Shown here: positions 15,456 to 26,014 of the stretch, in pieces | Position numbering within the stretch: the first letter of the stretch is position 1 | Layout: each line of letters opens with the position of its first letter | DNA from: Corynebacterium glutamicum ATCC 13032 | GTDB lineage: Bacteria; Actinomycetota; Actinomycetes; Mycobacteriales; Mycobacteriaceae | DNA: 32,000 nucleotides | NCBI RefSeq assembly: GCF_000011325.1 | Contig: NC_003450.3 | Span: forward strand, 1,710,001-1,742,000 | Direction: 5' to 3' | The notes under the pieces: model-generated | What the model saw: the letters and a program-made list of their open reading frames with translations, nothing else | Told to the model about the DNA's origin: nothing | Database searches by the model: none | Position numbers and translations under genes: made by a program

Positions 15456-16625
15456 TTATCGGTTGCTGTCTAGAACGCCACTGTTCAAAGCTTGCTCAAT
15501 GTCGGCTTCGTGCTCTTCGAAGGTGTCGTTGAACACGGTGGTTCCATCGGTGTCGATGGTGACAAAGTACAGCCAGTTTCCTTCTGCAGGGTTTTCCATG
15601 GCTTGGAGTGCTTCGGTGGATACTGCGGCGATGGGGGTTTGTGGCAGGCCGTCCATGGCGTAAGTGTTCCATGGGGTGACGGTCTGACGGTCTTCGTCGG
15701 TGGTTGCTACTTCTTGTTCAGACAGACCGTAGTTGACGGTGGAGTCGAATTGCAGCTGCATTGGCTCGGCGAGACGGTTCAAGATGACGCGGGCGACCTT
15801 ATCAAAATCTCCTGCTGGTGCTTCGCGCTCGATTAGAGATGCTGCGGTGAGCAGCTCATATGGAGTAAGTCCGATGGCATCTGCACGGCCCGTGATGTCG
15901 GTTTCTTGGAAATGGTTTGCTGATCGCGTGATCAGATCGGTGAGGATTCCCTGGGCGTCGTTGGATGGATCCACCACGTATTGGCCAGGCATGATCAGGC
16001 CTTCGAGGCGCTTTGGATCAGTTCCGCGAGCTTCCACAGCAGCGATTGCCCAATCTGGGACACCCAATTCTGCAGGCGACACGGTGGAGGCAACCTGCTG
16101 CAAATCCTCAGCGGTGATGCAGTTGGCGGAGCCTTCGGTGCAGGTCACGGCTGCGATCTGGGAGTAGATTCCCGCGCGGGTGTTTCCGCCGACAACAGTG
16201 ACGTCCATCAAGGTGGCGCCGCCGTGAATGTCGAGGAGATCAACCTGGTTGTCTGGATCAAGCAGAGCCGACACTGCAGCTGCTGCGTTCATTTGTTCCT
16301 GCAGACGGTAGAAACCTGGCTGTACACTACCCGCGTTGGGGTTGTTGCTGGCCGCTGTTTGGAACGCTGAGTTGGTGGCCACGATATCTCGTTCTTCCAA
16401 CTCTGGGCCGAGCTCTGATATGGAGGAACCTTCAGGGATTTCGACCAGCTGAACCACACCGTTTCCGGAGCCTTCATAGTCATGTGGCGTCCGGTTTGAG
16501 GTGGCTACACCGATATAGATGATGGCACCGATAATGAGGATGAGTGAAGCGATCGTCACGGCAATAAACCGTTGGCGGCGCTTTACGTAGACGGGCTCCA
16601 TCCGGCGGTTTCGGATTTGGTTCAT
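15456..16625 (-). CDS. mltG: endolytic murein transglycosylase MltG (YceG-like)
   Basis: 389-aa ORF with an N-terminal TM helix ([21 protein letters not shown]). YceG motifs ASLIEREA and [15 protein letters not shown] are present. Confidence 0.9.
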   Translation of the reverse strand: MNQIRNRRMEPVYVKRRQRFIAVTIASLILIIGAIIYIGVATSNRTPHDYEGSGNGVVQLVEIPEGSSISELGPELEERDIVATNSAFQTAASNNPNAGSVQPGFYRLQEQMNAAAAVSALLDPDNQVDLLDIHGGATLMDVTVVGGNTRAGIYSQIAAVTCTEGSANCITAEDLQQVASTVSPAELGVPDWAIAAVEARGTDPKRLEGLIMPGQYVVDPSNDAQGILTDLITRSANHFQETDITGRADAIGLTPYELLTAASLIEREAPAGDFDKVARVILNRLAEPMQLQFDSTVNYGLSEQEVATTDEDRQTVTPWNTYAMDGLPQTPIAAVSTEALQAMENPAEGNWLYFVTIDTDGTTVFNDTFEEHEADIEQALNSGVLDSNR

Positions 16626-17170
16626 CCTGGGAAATTTCCCTTCTCGTCGAAATCTTGGGTGTCTGTGGATTGTGGTTCAAGGGCTCGGGTGCGAGCATCC
16701 AACCAGGTTTGAAGGATTTCTACTGCGGCAGCTTGATCAATAACTTTACGTCCCGCTTTTTCGCTGACTCCTGAGGCCCGCAAGGCTTGGGTGGCCACGA
16801 CGGTGGTGAGGCGTTCGTCGCCAAGCCGTACCGGAATGTTCTTTCCAGCATTGGTGAGGCGCCGACGGACGCGGAAAGCAATTTCCTTTGCATGCTTCAC
16901 ACTGGCGGAGCCATTTCCCTGCAGATCTGTGGGTAGACCAACAATGACTTCCACGGCGTTGTATTCCTCAACGATGGCGACCAACCGATCAATATCGGCC
17001 AGGTCTGGCCCTTTGAATCCAGTTTCCCGCGGAACGGTTTCCACAGGCATGGCAAGCTTGGCATCGCGGTCAGAGGCTGCCACTCCGATGCGCACGGTGC
17101 CGACATCTAAGCCAAGGCGCCGGCCTGGGCCTGGATCATCGTGACCGGGTGTATCGGCGGAAACCTTCAT
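16622..17170 (-). CDS. ruvX: YqgF/RuvX putative pre-16S rRNA nuclease / Holliday junction resolvase-like protein
   Basis: 182-aa ORF with motif [16 protein letters not shown]. Its stop forms an ATGA overlap with the mltG start. Confidence 0.9.
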   Translation of the reverse strand: MKVSADTPGHDDPGPGRRLGLDVGTVRIGVAASDRDAKLAMPVETVPRETGFKGPDLADIDRLVAIVEEYNAVEVIVGLPTDLQGNGSASVKHAKEIAFRVRRRLTNAGKNIPVRLGDERLTTVVATQALRASGVSEKAGRKVIDQAAAVEILQTWLDARTRALEPQSTDTQDFDEKGNFPG

Positions 17171-17324
17171 AGAAAAACCCGCTTACCTTTCCATTGTTTA
17201 GTGTTAAGAAATTAATGTGTTGCAAGGCACAAAGACAAATTTAGCTTTTAAGCATAGCCGTACGGAAGAAGACCCGTCTGATCTGTCCCCAAAATAGGAC
17301 CCAAACCCTTCTAAAACATGCAAT

Positions 17325-17363
17325 GCCGGGGTTCTCGTCGTGAGAACCCCGGCGTTATTTTTT
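17325..17363. terminator. strong intrinsic terminator hairpin; the U-tract is on the plus strand and the A-tract faces alaS
   Basis: A 12-bp stem pairs gccggggttctc (17325-17336) with gagaaccccggc (17342-17353), loop gtcgt. It is followed by gttatttttt (17354-17363). On the minus strand, downstream of the alaS stop at 17382, the tail is only cauugcauguuuua. Confidence 0.6.
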
Positions 17364-17381
17364 AGGGCCTAGACTGAAGGC

Positions 17382-20048
17382 TTAGAGTGCCTCGATCTCA
17401 GCGCGGACTGCGCCGAATGCGGATTCCAGGCCAGCAATGTTGGCGCCGGATCCTTGTGCGAGGTCAGCCTTGCCGCCACCGCGACCGTCGATGTAGGAAC
17501 CAACGAGCTTAACCAGGTTGCCGGAGTGAGCTCCGCGAGCCACAGCGGCCTTGGTTGCAGCTACCACGAATGGAACCTTGCCGGCGTTGTCGGAGGCAAT
17601 AACCAAGACGCCTTCGCGGTCGCCGAGCTTGTCCTTCAGGGTGGTTGCGATGGTGCGCAGGTCACCGGCGTTGGTGTTGTCCTTGACGCGCAGCAGCAAG
17701 GTGGTGACGCCACCGATCTCTTGAGCGTTGTTCAACAGGTCTGCGGTTTGTGCCATGAGCTGCTGACGGTGCAGGGCTTCGATTTCCTTCTCTGCTGCCT
17801 TCAGCTTGTCTACCAGCTGTGCGACGCGCTCTGGAAGTTCCTCGGATGGAGCCTTCAGGGAGCTTGCCAAACCCTCGGCGAGTGCGCGTTCCTTGGACAG
17901 GTAGTTGAAGGAGTTCAGGCCGGAGTAGGCCTCGATGCGGCGCACGCCGGAGCCGATGGATGATTCACCCAACAGTGCCACTGGGCCGATCTGTGAGGAG
18001 TGCGCAACGTGCGTACCGCCACAGAGTTCCATGGAGAAAGGTCCGCCGATTTCCACAACGCGCACGGTGCTTCCGTAGTTTTCGCCGAAGAGCGCCATCG
18101 CACCCATTGCCTTGGCTTCCTCGAGTGAGGTTTCCACGGTGTTGACAGCCCAGTCGGTGTCCACGGCTTCGTTGGTGATCGCCTGGATTTGCTCGACTTG
18201 TGCTGGGGTGAGCTGCTCGGTGTAGTTGAAGTCGAAGCGCAGGTAGCCTGGCTTGTTCATGGATCCTGCCTGGAGGGCAGTTGGTCCAAGAACCTGCCGC
18301 AGAGCGGCATGAATCAGGTGGGTTGCGGTGTGTGCCTGGCGTGCAGCATGGCGCCATTGCTTATCGACGCTTGCCACCACTTCATCACCTACCGCAAGTC
18401 CACCGTTTGCCACGAGTGCCTTGTGAACCCACAGTTTCTTACCGATCTTCTGCACGTCATGGACATCAAGCACGGTGTCTCCGAGCAGGATCTGACCACG
18501 ATCGCCGAGCTGTCCACCTGATTCTGCGTACAGAGGTGACTGGTCGAGGATGACCTCAACTTCTTGACCTTCTGTGGCTTCAGAAATCTTGGCACCATCG
18601 GAAAGTAGTCCGAGGACCTTGGACTGGGAATCCAGTTCCTCAAAGCCGGTGAATACGGTTGGGTTGTTGTCGACCCATTCGCGGTAGATGCTCAAGTCGG
18701 TGTGGCCGTGCTTCTTTGCCTGGCTGTCAGCCTTTGCACGGGAGCGCTGCTCTGCCATGAGGGAATCAAAGCCTTCAACGTCAACCTCAAGGCCTGCTTC
18801 TGCAGCCATTTCGAGGGTGAGGTCGATGGGGAAACCGTAGGTGTCGTGCAGTGCGAATGCCTGAGCACCGGCAACCTTGGTGGATCCTGCAGCCTTGATG
18901 GAGGTTGCAGCCTCTTCGAAGAGGTGGGTTCCAGAGACCAGAGTCTTCAAGAAAGCGCGCTCTTCGGTGACAGCCACACGCATGATGCGCTCACGGTTGT
19001 CGGCGATTTCTGGGTAGGACGGGGTCATGGTGTCCATGATGGTGTTCATGAACTGCTCCATGGTCTCACCAGTAGCACCGAGCAGACGTGCGGAACGGAT
19101 AATGCGGCGAAGCAGGCGGCGCAGGATGTATCCACGGCCTTCGTTGCCTGGGGTAACACCATCGAGGATGAGCATCATGCCGGTACGAGAGTGGTCGGCG
19201 ATAACGCGGAAGCGAATGTCAGAGGTGTTGTCAGAACCATACTTGGTTCCGGTCAGGGTCTCTGCAACGTCGATGACTGGGCGCAGCAGGTCGGTTTCGT
19301 AGACGTTTTCAACATCCTGGAGGATGCAGGCAACGCGCTCGACGCCCATGCCGGTATCGATGTTCTTCTTTGGAAGATCGCCAAGGATGTCGAAGTTGTC
19401 CTTGCCAATACCCTGTCCGCGTTCCTTCTCCATGAAGACCAGGTTCCAGATCTCCATGTAGCGGTTGTCGTCAGCGACAGGGCCGCCTTCCTTGCCGTAC
19501 TTCTCGCCGCGGTCGTAGTAGATCTCGGAGCAAGGGCCACAAGGTCCTGGTACACCCATGGACCAGTAGTTGTCAGCCATACCCAGGCGCTGGATGCGCT
19601 CTGATGGGACGCCGATCTTCTTTTCCCAGATCTCTGCAGCCTCGTCATCATCGAGGTACACAGTGACCCAGAGGCGCTCTGGATCAAGGCCAAAGCCTCC
19701 GTCTGCTACGGAACCAGTCAGAAGGCCCCATGCGTGGGTAATTGCGCCTTCTTTGAAGTACTGGCCGAAGGAGAAGTTACCTGCCATCTGGAAGAAGGTA
19801 TTGTGGCGAGTGGTGATACCCACTTCTTCGATATCCAGGGTACGAACACACTTCTGAATGGAAGTCGCAGTGCCGTTTTCAAAAGGTGGGGTCTGCTGGC
19901 CCAGGAAGTACGGCTTGAATGGAACCATGCCTGCGTTAACGAACAGCAGGTTAGGGTCGTCGAGAATCAGTGACGCGCTAGGTACCGCCTGGTGACCGGC
20001 ATTGACGAAGTGATTGGTAAAACGCTCCCTGATCTCATGGGTCTGCAC
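17382..20048 (-). CDS. alaS: alanine--tRNA ligase
   Basis: 888-aa ORF with motifs [41 protein letters not shown] and editing-domain [11 protein letters not shown]. The C-terminal DHHA1-like segment is [12 protein letters not shown]. Confidence 0.98.
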   Translation of the reverse strand: MQTHEIRERFTNHFVNAGHQAVPSASLILDDPNLLFVNAGMVPFKPYFLGQQTPPFENGTATSIQKCVRTLDIEEVGITTRHNTFFQMAGNFSFGQYFKEGAITHAWGLLTGSVADGGFGLDPERLWVTVYLDDDEAAEIWEKKIGVPSERIQRLGMADNYWSMGVPGPCGPCSEIYYDRGEKYGKEGGPVADDNRYMEIWNLVFMEKERGQGIGKDNFDILGDLPKKNIDTGMGVERVACILQDVENVYETDLLRPVIDVAETLTGTKYGSDNTSDIRFRVIADHSRTGMMLILDGVTPGNEGRGYILRRLLRRIIRSARLLGATGETMEQFMNTIMDTMTPSYPEIADNRERIMRVAVTEERAFLKTLVSGTHLFEEAATSIKAAGSTKVAGAQAFALHDTYGFPIDLTLEMAAEAGLEVDVEGFDSLMAEQRSRAKADSQAKKHGHTDLSIYREWVDNNPTVFTGFEELDSQSKVLGLLSDGAKISEATEGQEVEVILDQSPLYAESGGQLGDRGQILLGDTVLDVHDVQKIGKKLWVHKALVANGGLAVGDEVVASVDKQWRHAARQAHTATHLIHAALRQVLGPTALQAGSMNKPGYLRFDFNYTEQLTPAQVEQIQAITNEAVDTDWAVNTVETSLEEAKAMGAMALFGENYGSTVRVVEIGGPFSMELCGGTHVAHSSQIGPVALLGESSIGSGVRRIEAYSGLNSFNYLSKERALAEGLASSLKAPSEELPERVAQLVDKLKAAEKEIEALHRQQLMAQTADLLNNAQEIGGVTTLLLRVKDNTNAGDLRTIATTLKDKLGDREGVLVIASDNAGKVPFVVAATKAAVARGAHSGNLVKLVGSYIDGRGGGKADLAQGSGANIAGLESAFGAVRAEIEAL

Positions 20049-20162
20049 AGCGGTATCCTGCCTTAGAACTTCTCGAAATGTTTTAGCGCATTCAAAAACA
20101 CACGCCTAAAAATGGACTGGTGGTAACTTTACCCGTCTCCACTAGGTGTTGAGCAACCCGGG

Positions 20163-21542
20163 CTACTTGGTTCCACGGATTATACGACGAAGCCTGCCAA
20201 TGTACTCGGCAATCCGCTTCTCTCCACCGTGTGTGGTGGGCTCGTAATAGACCCGATCGCGCAGGTTCTCCGGTAAATATTCTTGCCGGACCACTCCCCT
20301 GGGATCATCGTGAGGATAGGAATATCCCACTGCATTTCCGAGCTTTTTGGCGCCTTCATAGTGACCATCGCGAAGATGCGCAGGAACGGTACCGATGTGG
20401 CCTTGCTGAACATCAGTCAAAGCAGCATCCATGGCCATGATGACAGCATTGGATTTGGGAGCAAGAGCCAAATGAATGGTCGCTTGCGCCAAATTGATCC
20501 GCGCCTCTGGCATACCGATTAATTGGACAGCTTGAGCTGCAGCAATGGCCACTTGCATGGCCGAAGGATCAGCCATACCGATGTCTTCACTTGAGTGAAC
20601 CACCAACCGGCGGGCAATAAACCGTGGGTCTTCACCGGCATCAATCATGCGCGCCAAGTAGTGCAAGGCTGCGTCTACATCGGAGCCTCTAATTGATTTG
20701 ATCCAGGCACTGACCACGTCATAGTGCTGATCGCCATCGCGGTCATAGCGGACCACTGCGCGGTTCACGTTGGCCATGACGGTGTCAATATCTAAAACGC
20801 CGCCATCTTCTACGGCTTCTGCAGCGGCTTCAATGTAGGTCAGGCCTCGGCGGGCATCGCCACCGGCAAGAAGAACCAACTGGTCAACTGCTTCATCGGT
20901 GGCGGTGATTCGACCGGCAAGTCCACGCTCATCTTCAAGCGCTTTATTAAGGACTGTTTTAATATCCTCATCGCTTAAAGATTCCAACTGGAGCAGCAAG
21001 GACCTGGACAGCAGTGGAGACACCACTGAAAAGGAGGGGTTCTCAGTGGTCGCTGCAACGAGCAACACGGTGCGGTTTTCCACTGCAGAGAGCAACGCGT
21101 CCTGCTGAGTTTTGGAAAACCTATGAACCTCATCAATAAACAGCACGGTGCGCTGCCCTAATTGCAGATCCATCCTCGCACGTTCAATAACGGCGCGGAC
21201 TTCTTTCACACCTGAGGACAGCGCCGACATCGCCACAAAGCGATCGCCTGCAGCTGCAGAAATCAATGAGGCAATGGTTGTTTTTCCAGTGCCGGGAGGC
21301 CCATACAAAATGACGGAGGCATCCCCTGAACCTTCAATGAGCCGGCGAAGTGGCCTGCCCTCCCCCAGCAAATGCTGTTGGCCAACCACTTCATCAAGCG
21401 TCCTTGGCCTCATGCGGGCAGCAAGGGGTGCGTGTCCGCCTGGGTGAAAATACTTCGAGGCGGCTTTGGAATTGCTCACGCTGCTTGTGTTGCCTGCGGA
21501 TCCCGGTGTTTCGGGCGTTTCAAAAAGTGAATCCTGGGCCAT
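20163..21542 (-). CDS. rarA: replication-associated recombination protein A (AAA+ ATPase)
   Basis: ORF 20163-21581 trimmed to the ATG at 21542 (MAQDSLFE, 459 aa). Walker A is GPPGTGKTT and Walker B is [11 protein letters not shown]. The MgsA C-domain segment is [27 protein letters not shown]. Confidence 0.93.
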   Translation of the reverse strand: MAQDSLFETPETPGSAGNTSSVSNSKAASKYFHPGGHAPLAARMRPRTLDEVVGQQHLLGEGRPLRRLIEGSGDASVILYGPPGTGKTTIASLISAAAGDRFVAMSALSSGVKEVRAVIERARMDLQLGQRTVLFIDEVHRFSKTQQDALLSAVENRTVLLVAATTENPSFSVVSPLLSRSLLLQLESLSDEDIKTVLNKALEDERGLAGRITATDEAVDQLVLLAGGDARRGLTYIEAAAEAVEDGGVLDIDTVMANVNRAVVRYDRDGDQHYDVVSAWIKSIRGSDVDAALHYLARMIDAGEDPRFIARRLVVHSSEDIGMADPSAMQVAIAAAQAVQLIGMPEARINLAQATIHLALAPKSNAVIMAMDAALTDVQQGHIGTVPAHLRDGHYEGAKKLGNAVGYSYPHDDPRGVVRQEYLPENLRDRVYYEPTTHGGEKRIAEYIGRLRRIIRGTK

Positions 21543-21595
21543 AGTGCACAGGTTAGTCGCTTGGCTGAAACAACCAAGCAACCGGTGCTCTTCAG

Positions 21596-22795
21596 CTAGT
21601 CATTTTTGAGGAACAAACGCACCACGTCGTCTGCGAATCGTGCCACCTCAGGGAACCTGGAATCCAGCCCGCGCGCTGCAAATCGCTGAAGCGCGGAGAA
21701 CGTGTCGTGGAGGTCTTGCTGGACCAGCTCGTCATCTTCGGCAGATCGTGGAATCAACAGTTCATCAAGGTTGGAGACATCCAAAGTGGTGTTTCCATCT
21801 TCGGTGACGTGCAGCAGGTTAAGCATGCCGCTGATGGAGCCGAGCTTCATGAAGGCAACACTCGATAGTGCCCAGCCGATGAGAGCGGTCACGATACGTG
21901 CTTGGAGGCGCTCTTCATTGTTCACATTGGGCCAGATTCCACGGACTTCTTGGACCCAGGATTCAATGAGTTCGTCTACCTCATCATCAGAGATGGGGCG
22001 GCTGAACACGAATTGCGGGAAACCTGCGATCACACAAGCAACATCAAAGGTGGCATCCCTGAAACCGGCAACTTCGTAGTCCAGGAAGTGGGTGCGTTCA
22101 GCCACGATGATGTTGTCGGGTGACAAGTCAAAAGGTGTGAAGGCACGGTGGCGTCCGGAAATCAGGCGTCGCCGAGCTACGCGGGCAAACTCCTCGACGA
22201 CTTCTGGAACGGTGACCCCGGCGTCGACAAGTATCTTTTTACCCACCTCAATTGCTGCGGGCAGCAACCTATCGCGGTTTTTCTGCATCTCAGCTGTGGC
22301 TGGGTATTTGGCCAGCATACGGTTGAGCAGAATGTTGAAGTCTTCTTCGCGGTCTGCGGTGGCGGCGTGCAGGCTGCCCAGCGATTGGCCGAGGTTGCGC
22401 AGGATCTGCATGCGCTGATCACCGGTACGCTGATCGATCAGATCCGCAAAGGTGTCGCCGTTGCCGGAATCTGAAATGACCAGGATGCGCTTGTCAATGT
22501 CATAGGCCAAAATGACTGGCCCTGGGCGGACATCTTCCGACAAGGAGGTGGTGAACTGGTAGGAGACGATTTCACGCACCAGCGCAGAATCATCAAAGAC
22601 GTCTCCGGTGCTGGGCACGTACTTCAGCACCACGGAGCGCTGTTGGAGGAATGGGGAGTTAGCCACCCTGGCACGCAGCACCGCGGAGGTGCCGGAACCG
22701 TTGAGCTGCTCCACGTCAGAAAGAGTTTGTACACCGCCGTAGCGTTTAGACAGCAAATCTTCTGCGATCGCAACAATTTCTTCGTGGCTCAGCAT
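21596..22795 (-). CDS. APH/choline-kinase-fold phosphotransferase family protein
   Basis: ORF 21596-22822 trimmed to the ATG at 22795, with AAGGAG 7 nt upstream. It has a kinase catalytic-loop-like [10 protein letters not shown] and metal-binding-like [15 protein letters not shown]. An N-lobe Lys sits in VVLKY. The substrate is unknown. Confidence 0.7.
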   Translation of the reverse strand: MLSHEEIVAIAEDLLSKRYGGVQTLSDVEQLNGSGTSAVLRARVANSPFLQQRSVVLKYVPSTGDVFDDSALVREIVSYQFTTSLSEDVRPGPVILAYDIDKRILVISDSGNGDTFADLIDQRTGDQRMQILRNLGQSLGSLHAATADREEDFNILLNRMLAKYPATAEMQKNRDRLLPAAIEVGKKILVDAGVTVPEVVEEFARVARRRLISGRHRAFTPFDLSPDNIIVAERTHFLDYEVAGFRDATFDVACVIAGFPQFVFSRPISDDEVDELIESWVQEVRGIWPNVNNEERLQARIVTALIGWALSSVAFMKLGSISGMLNLLHVTEDGNTTLDVSNLDELLIPRSAEDDELVQQDLHDTFSALQRFAARGLDSRFPEVARFADDVVRLFLKND

Positions 22796-22829
22796 GGGCA
22801 TTCTCCTTAATACATCCGCCAACAGGCAC

Positions 22830-22858
22830 TGAACAGGTCCCCTAGCTTTACCTGTTCA
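22830..22858. promoter_or_regulatory. 8-bp inverted repeat TGAACAGG-N13-CCTGTTCA upstream of the phosphotransferase gene
   Basis: Arms at 22830-22837 and 22851-22858 lie 35-63 nt upstream of the 22795 start. On the minus strand the U-run precedes the hairpin, so it is not a canonical terminator for aspS. Confidence 0.3.
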
Positions 22859-22940
22859 AAAAACTTCCGATTAACAATCAATGAATTTGATCGGCGCGGA
22901 AGCGCATATTTCCTCATTCTATGGTACAGAGCACCATAGA

Positions 22941-22975
22941 AAATGGGGGTGAGTTAGATAACATCACCCCCATTT
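22941..22975 (-). terminator. aspS intrinsic terminator
   Basis: A 12-bp stem pairs aaatgggggtga with tcacccccattt, with an 11-nt loop, beginning 10 nt after the aspS stop. On the minus strand it is followed by uucuaugg. A second hairpin, tctatggt-acagagc-accataga (22918-22940), follows directly. Confidence 0.6.
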
Positions 22976-22984
22976 CATTCTTAA

Positions 22985-24811
22985 TTACTTTTCAGCAGAC
23001 TCTTCAGCCTGTGCCTCTGCCTGTGCTTCCGCCTTAGGCTTTGGCTTGGCATCGATGCCAGCTTCCTTACGCTGCTGCGGGGTGATTGCTGCAGGAGCAT
23101 CAGTCAGTGGGTCGATTCCGCCACCGGACTTAGGGAACGCGATGACGTCGCGGATGGAGTCAAAGCCGCCCAGCAGGGACACGATGCGGTCCCAGCCGAA
23201 TGCGATTCCGCCGTGTGGAGGTGCGCCGAATGCGAAGGCGTCAAGCAGGAAGCCGAACTTCTCGCGTGCTTCTTCACCGGTGATGCCCATAACCTCGAAA
23301 ACGCGTTCCTGAACGTCGCGCTGGTGGATACGGATGGAACCGCCACCGATTTCATTGCCGTTGCACACGATGTCGTATGCATAAGCAAGTGCGTCACCTG
23401 GGTTGGTGTCAAAGTTGTCCAGGAACTCTGGCTTAGGTGAGGTGAAGGCGTGGTGGACTGCGGTCCACTTGGAGTTACCCAGTGCAACGTCACCGGATGC
23501 GGTGGCGTCTGCTGCTGGCTCGAACATTGGAGCGTCAACGATCCAGGTGAATGCCCAGTCGCCTTCCTTGATCAGGTCGAGCTTCTTAGCGATCTCGCCA
23601 CGAGCTGCACCGAGCAGTGCGAGGGAAGACTTGGTGTCTCCTGCTGCGAAGAAGATGCAGTCGCCTGGCTGTGCGCCAACGTGAGCTGCGATTCCTGCGC
23701 GCTCAGCGTCGGTGATGTTCTTAGCCACAGGTCCGGACAGCTCGCCGTCTTCACCAACGAGGATGTAAGCAAGTCCCTTAGCACCGCGCTGCTTGGCCCA
23801 TTCCTGCCATGCGTCGAGCTGACGGCGAGGCTGGGAAGCACCACCGGTCATGACAACTGCGCCGACATATTCGTTCTTGAACACACGGAATGTGGTGTCC
23901 TGGAAGAACTCGGTGCACTCGGTGATTTCGATGTCGAAGCGCAGGTCTGGCTTGTCGGAGCCGTAGCGACGCATTGCATCGGCGTAGGTCATGCGTGGGA
24001 TTGGAGTCTTGATCTCATATCCGATCAACTTCCACACCTCAGAGATGATCTCCTCGCCCAGTGCGATGACATCATCCTGGTCCACGAAGGACATTTCAAC
24101 GTCCAGCTGGGTGAACTCTGGCTGACGGTCTGCACGGAAATCCTCATCGCGGTAGCAACGAGCGATCTGGTAGTAGCGCTCCATGCCAGCAACCTGCAGC
24201 AGCTGCTTGAACAGCTGTGGGGACTGTGGCAATGCGTAGAAAGTGCCTGGGCGCAGACGAGCTGGCACCAGGAAGTCACGTGCGCCTTCTGGGGTGGAAC
24301 GAGTCAAGGTTGGGGTCTCGATCTCGGTGAAATCGTGGCTGTCCAGCACGGTGCGTGCAGCCTTGTTGGCAGCAGAACGCAGACGCAGGGCGTTCGCCTG
24401 AACTGGGCGACGCAGGTCCAGGTAGCGGTACTTCAGACGGGTCTCTTCGCCGACTTCACCAGCAGAGGAGGAATCCTCGATCTGGAAAGGAAGTGGAGCG
24501 GACTCGTTGAGTACCTCAAATTCGGTGACGCTGACTTCAATGTCGCCGGATGCAAGGTTAGGGTTTTGAGAGCCTTCTGGGCGCTCTTCGACGACGCCGG
24601 TGACGCGTAGGACGAATTCGCTGCGCAGTGCGTGTGCACGCTCAGCAACGTCCTCATTGCGGAAAACAACCTGGGCAATGCCAGTACGGTCGCGAAGATC
24701 GATGAAGATCACGCCACCGTGGTCACGGCGACGATTGACCCAGCCGGTCAGAGTAACTGACTGGCCTGCGTTTTCTTTACGAAGCTCGCCTGAGAGATGA
24801 GTGCGCAGCAC
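22985..24811 (-). CDS. aspS: aspartate--tRNA ligase
   Basis: 608-aa ORF with a GTG start and GGAAGGA upstream. Class II motifs are present ([38 protein letters not shown]). The C-terminal tail is [16 protein letters not shown]. Confidence 0.98.
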   Translation of the reverse strand: MLRTHLSGELRKENAGQSVTLTGWVNRRRDHGGVIFIDLRDRTGIAQVVFRNEDVAERAHALRSEFVLRVTGVVEERPEGSQNPNLASGDIEVSVTEFEVLNESAPLPFQIEDSSSAGEVGEETRLKYRYLDLRRPVQANALRLRSAANKAARTVLDSHDFTEIETPTLTRSTPEGARDFLVPARLRPGTFYALPQSPQLFKQLLQVAGMERYYQIARCYRDEDFRADRQPEFTQLDVEMSFVDQDDVIALGEEIISEVWKLIGYEIKTPIPRMTYADAMRRYGSDKPDLRFDIEITECTEFFQDTTFRVFKNEYVGAVVMTGGASQPRRQLDAWQEWAKQRGAKGLAYILVGEDGELSGPVAKNITDAERAGIAAHVGAQPGDCIFFAAGDTKSSLALLGAARGEIAKKLDLIKEGDWAFTWIVDAPMFEPAADATASGDVALGNSKWTAVHHAFTSPKPEFLDNFDTNPGDALAYAYDIVCNGNEIGGGSIRIHQRDVQERVFEVMGITGEEAREKFGFLLDAFAFGAPPHGGIAFGWDRIVSLLGGFDSIRDVIAFPKSGGGIDPLTDAPAAITPQQRKEAGIDAKPKPKAEAQAEAQAEESAEK

Positions 24812-25055
24812 GTTGGTGGAAGTCCTTCCGCTTGGTTTTGATCAGTCGATGGTTTCTGGAGCCTTAAACAATAAGCTCAACCGCCCAAAAAGGGCGGGCA
24901 TGCAGCCCAGAAACAGGCAACACACGCATTGTACCCGCCATCTGGTTTGCCTTGAACCTTGAGTGGTTTATTAGGTGCAGTCAGTTTTCGATTGCATCCA
25001 TTTTGTTACACCCAAACCTGTCGGTTTCCCTATGTAATGTGCCATGATTTCTTTC

Positions 25056-25949
25056 ATGACCTTTCGTGATGATGTAACTCGATCAGGTGGAAATGCCCGC
25101 AAAAGTGGCGGCGGTGGCCGAGGGATGGCCGTTGGTGGCGGCATCGGTGGCCTGCTACTAGTCGGGCTCTTCTTGCTCCTTGGCGGTAACCCTGCCGAGA
25201 TCGACCAGGTTTTAGGTGGCGATCAAACCCAGATCGAGTCTGGAGAGTCCACCGGAGCCGGCGACTTTGATCACTGCCAAACCGGCGCAGATGCCAACGC
25301 CAGTGATGATTGTCGCCTTTACTACACCTCATTCTCCGTCAATGAAATGTGGCAGACTTTGCTTCCAGCTCAGGCTGGTATCGAATACACCGAGCCGACA
25401 TTGACTCTTTTCAAAAACTCCACCCAAACCGGCTGCGGTTTCGCTTCTGCGTCCACTGGGCCGTTTTACTGTCCGTCAGACCAAGATGCTTATTTTGACT
25501 TGACTTTCTTCGATCAGATGCGTCAGTTCGGTGCAGAAAACGCCCCGCTTGCCCAGATGTACATCGTGGCGCACGAGTACGGCCACCACGTCCAAAACCT
25601 CGAGGGCACACTCGGACTGTCCAATTACAACGATCCGGGCGCTGATTCCAACGCCGTCAAGATCGAGTTGCAGGCCGATTGCTACGCAGGCATTTGGGCT
25701 AATCACTCCAGCGAAGGCCCGGATCCGCTACTCCAACCCATCACCGAATCTGAGCTAGATTCCGCTCTCCTTGCTGCAAGCGCCGTGGGCGACGACAATA
25801 TCCAGCAACGATCCGGTGGCGATGTCAATCCTGAAAGCTGGACTCACGGCTCATCGCAGCAGCGCAAAGACGCGTTCCTCGCCGGCTACAACACCGGCCA
25901 GATGAGCGCCTGCGACTTCCTCGGCCGGGGCGTCTACAACGACGCTTAA
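25056..25949 (+). CDS. YpfJ-type neutral zinc metallopeptidase, Gly-rich N-terminus plus TM helix
   Basis: The ORF is open from the ATG at 25044. I prefer the ATG at 25056 (MTFRDDV...), which is typical of this family in actinobacteria. It has a Gly-rich segment GGGGRGMAVGGGIGG, HExxH (VAHEYGHHVQ) and CGFASASTGPFYCPSDQ. Confidence 0.85.
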   Translation: MTFRDDVTRSGGNARKSGGGGRGMAVGGGIGGLLLVGLFLLLGGNPAEIDQVLGGDQTQIESGESTGAGDFDHCQTGADANASDDCRLYYTSFSVNEMWQTLLPAQAGIEYTEPTLTLFKNSTQTGCGFASASTGPFYCPSDQDAYFDLTFFDQMRQFGAENAPLAQMYIVAHEYGHHVQNLEGTLGLSNYNDPGADSNAVKIELQADCYAGIWANHSSEGPDPLLQPITESELDSALLAASAVGDDNIQQRSGGDVNPESWTHGSSQQRKDAFLAGYNTGQMSACDFLGRGVYNDA

Positions 25950-25987
25950 AGCATTGCTTTTCGACGTCTCCCCACACCGATTAATTC

Positions 25988-26014
25988 CGGCCTTAGGCAA
26001 CTAGCTTAAGGCCG
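25988..26014. terminator. hairpin between convergent genes, overlapping the last codons of the SNF2 gene
   Basis: cggcctta (25988-25995) pairs with taaggccg (26007-26014), with an 11-nt loop. On the plus strand it is followed by the T-rich tttcttcatcttt. Confidence 0.5.

Noticed and set aside
18702-19604. 300-aa plus-strand ORF antisense to alaS
   Set aside because: This is a shadow ORF opposite a conserved aminoacyl-tRNA synthetase gene. Its sequence is low-complexity and rich in G, V, D and A. It has no start context.
23450-24610. 386-aa plus-strand ORF antisense to aspS
   Set aside because: It lies entirely inside the strongly supported aspS gene on the other strand. Its composition (rich in C, W, G, V, L) is typical of shadow ORFs in high-GC DNA. 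It has no SD and no recognisable motif.
24881-24897. Hairpin ccgccc-aaaaa-gggcgg in the aspS / Zn-peptidase divergent region, considered as a terminator or T-box remnant
   Set aside because: It lies between two divergent starts, so there is nothing to terminate. It has no usable U-tract, and the 232-nt region shows no T-box specifier or antiterminator features.
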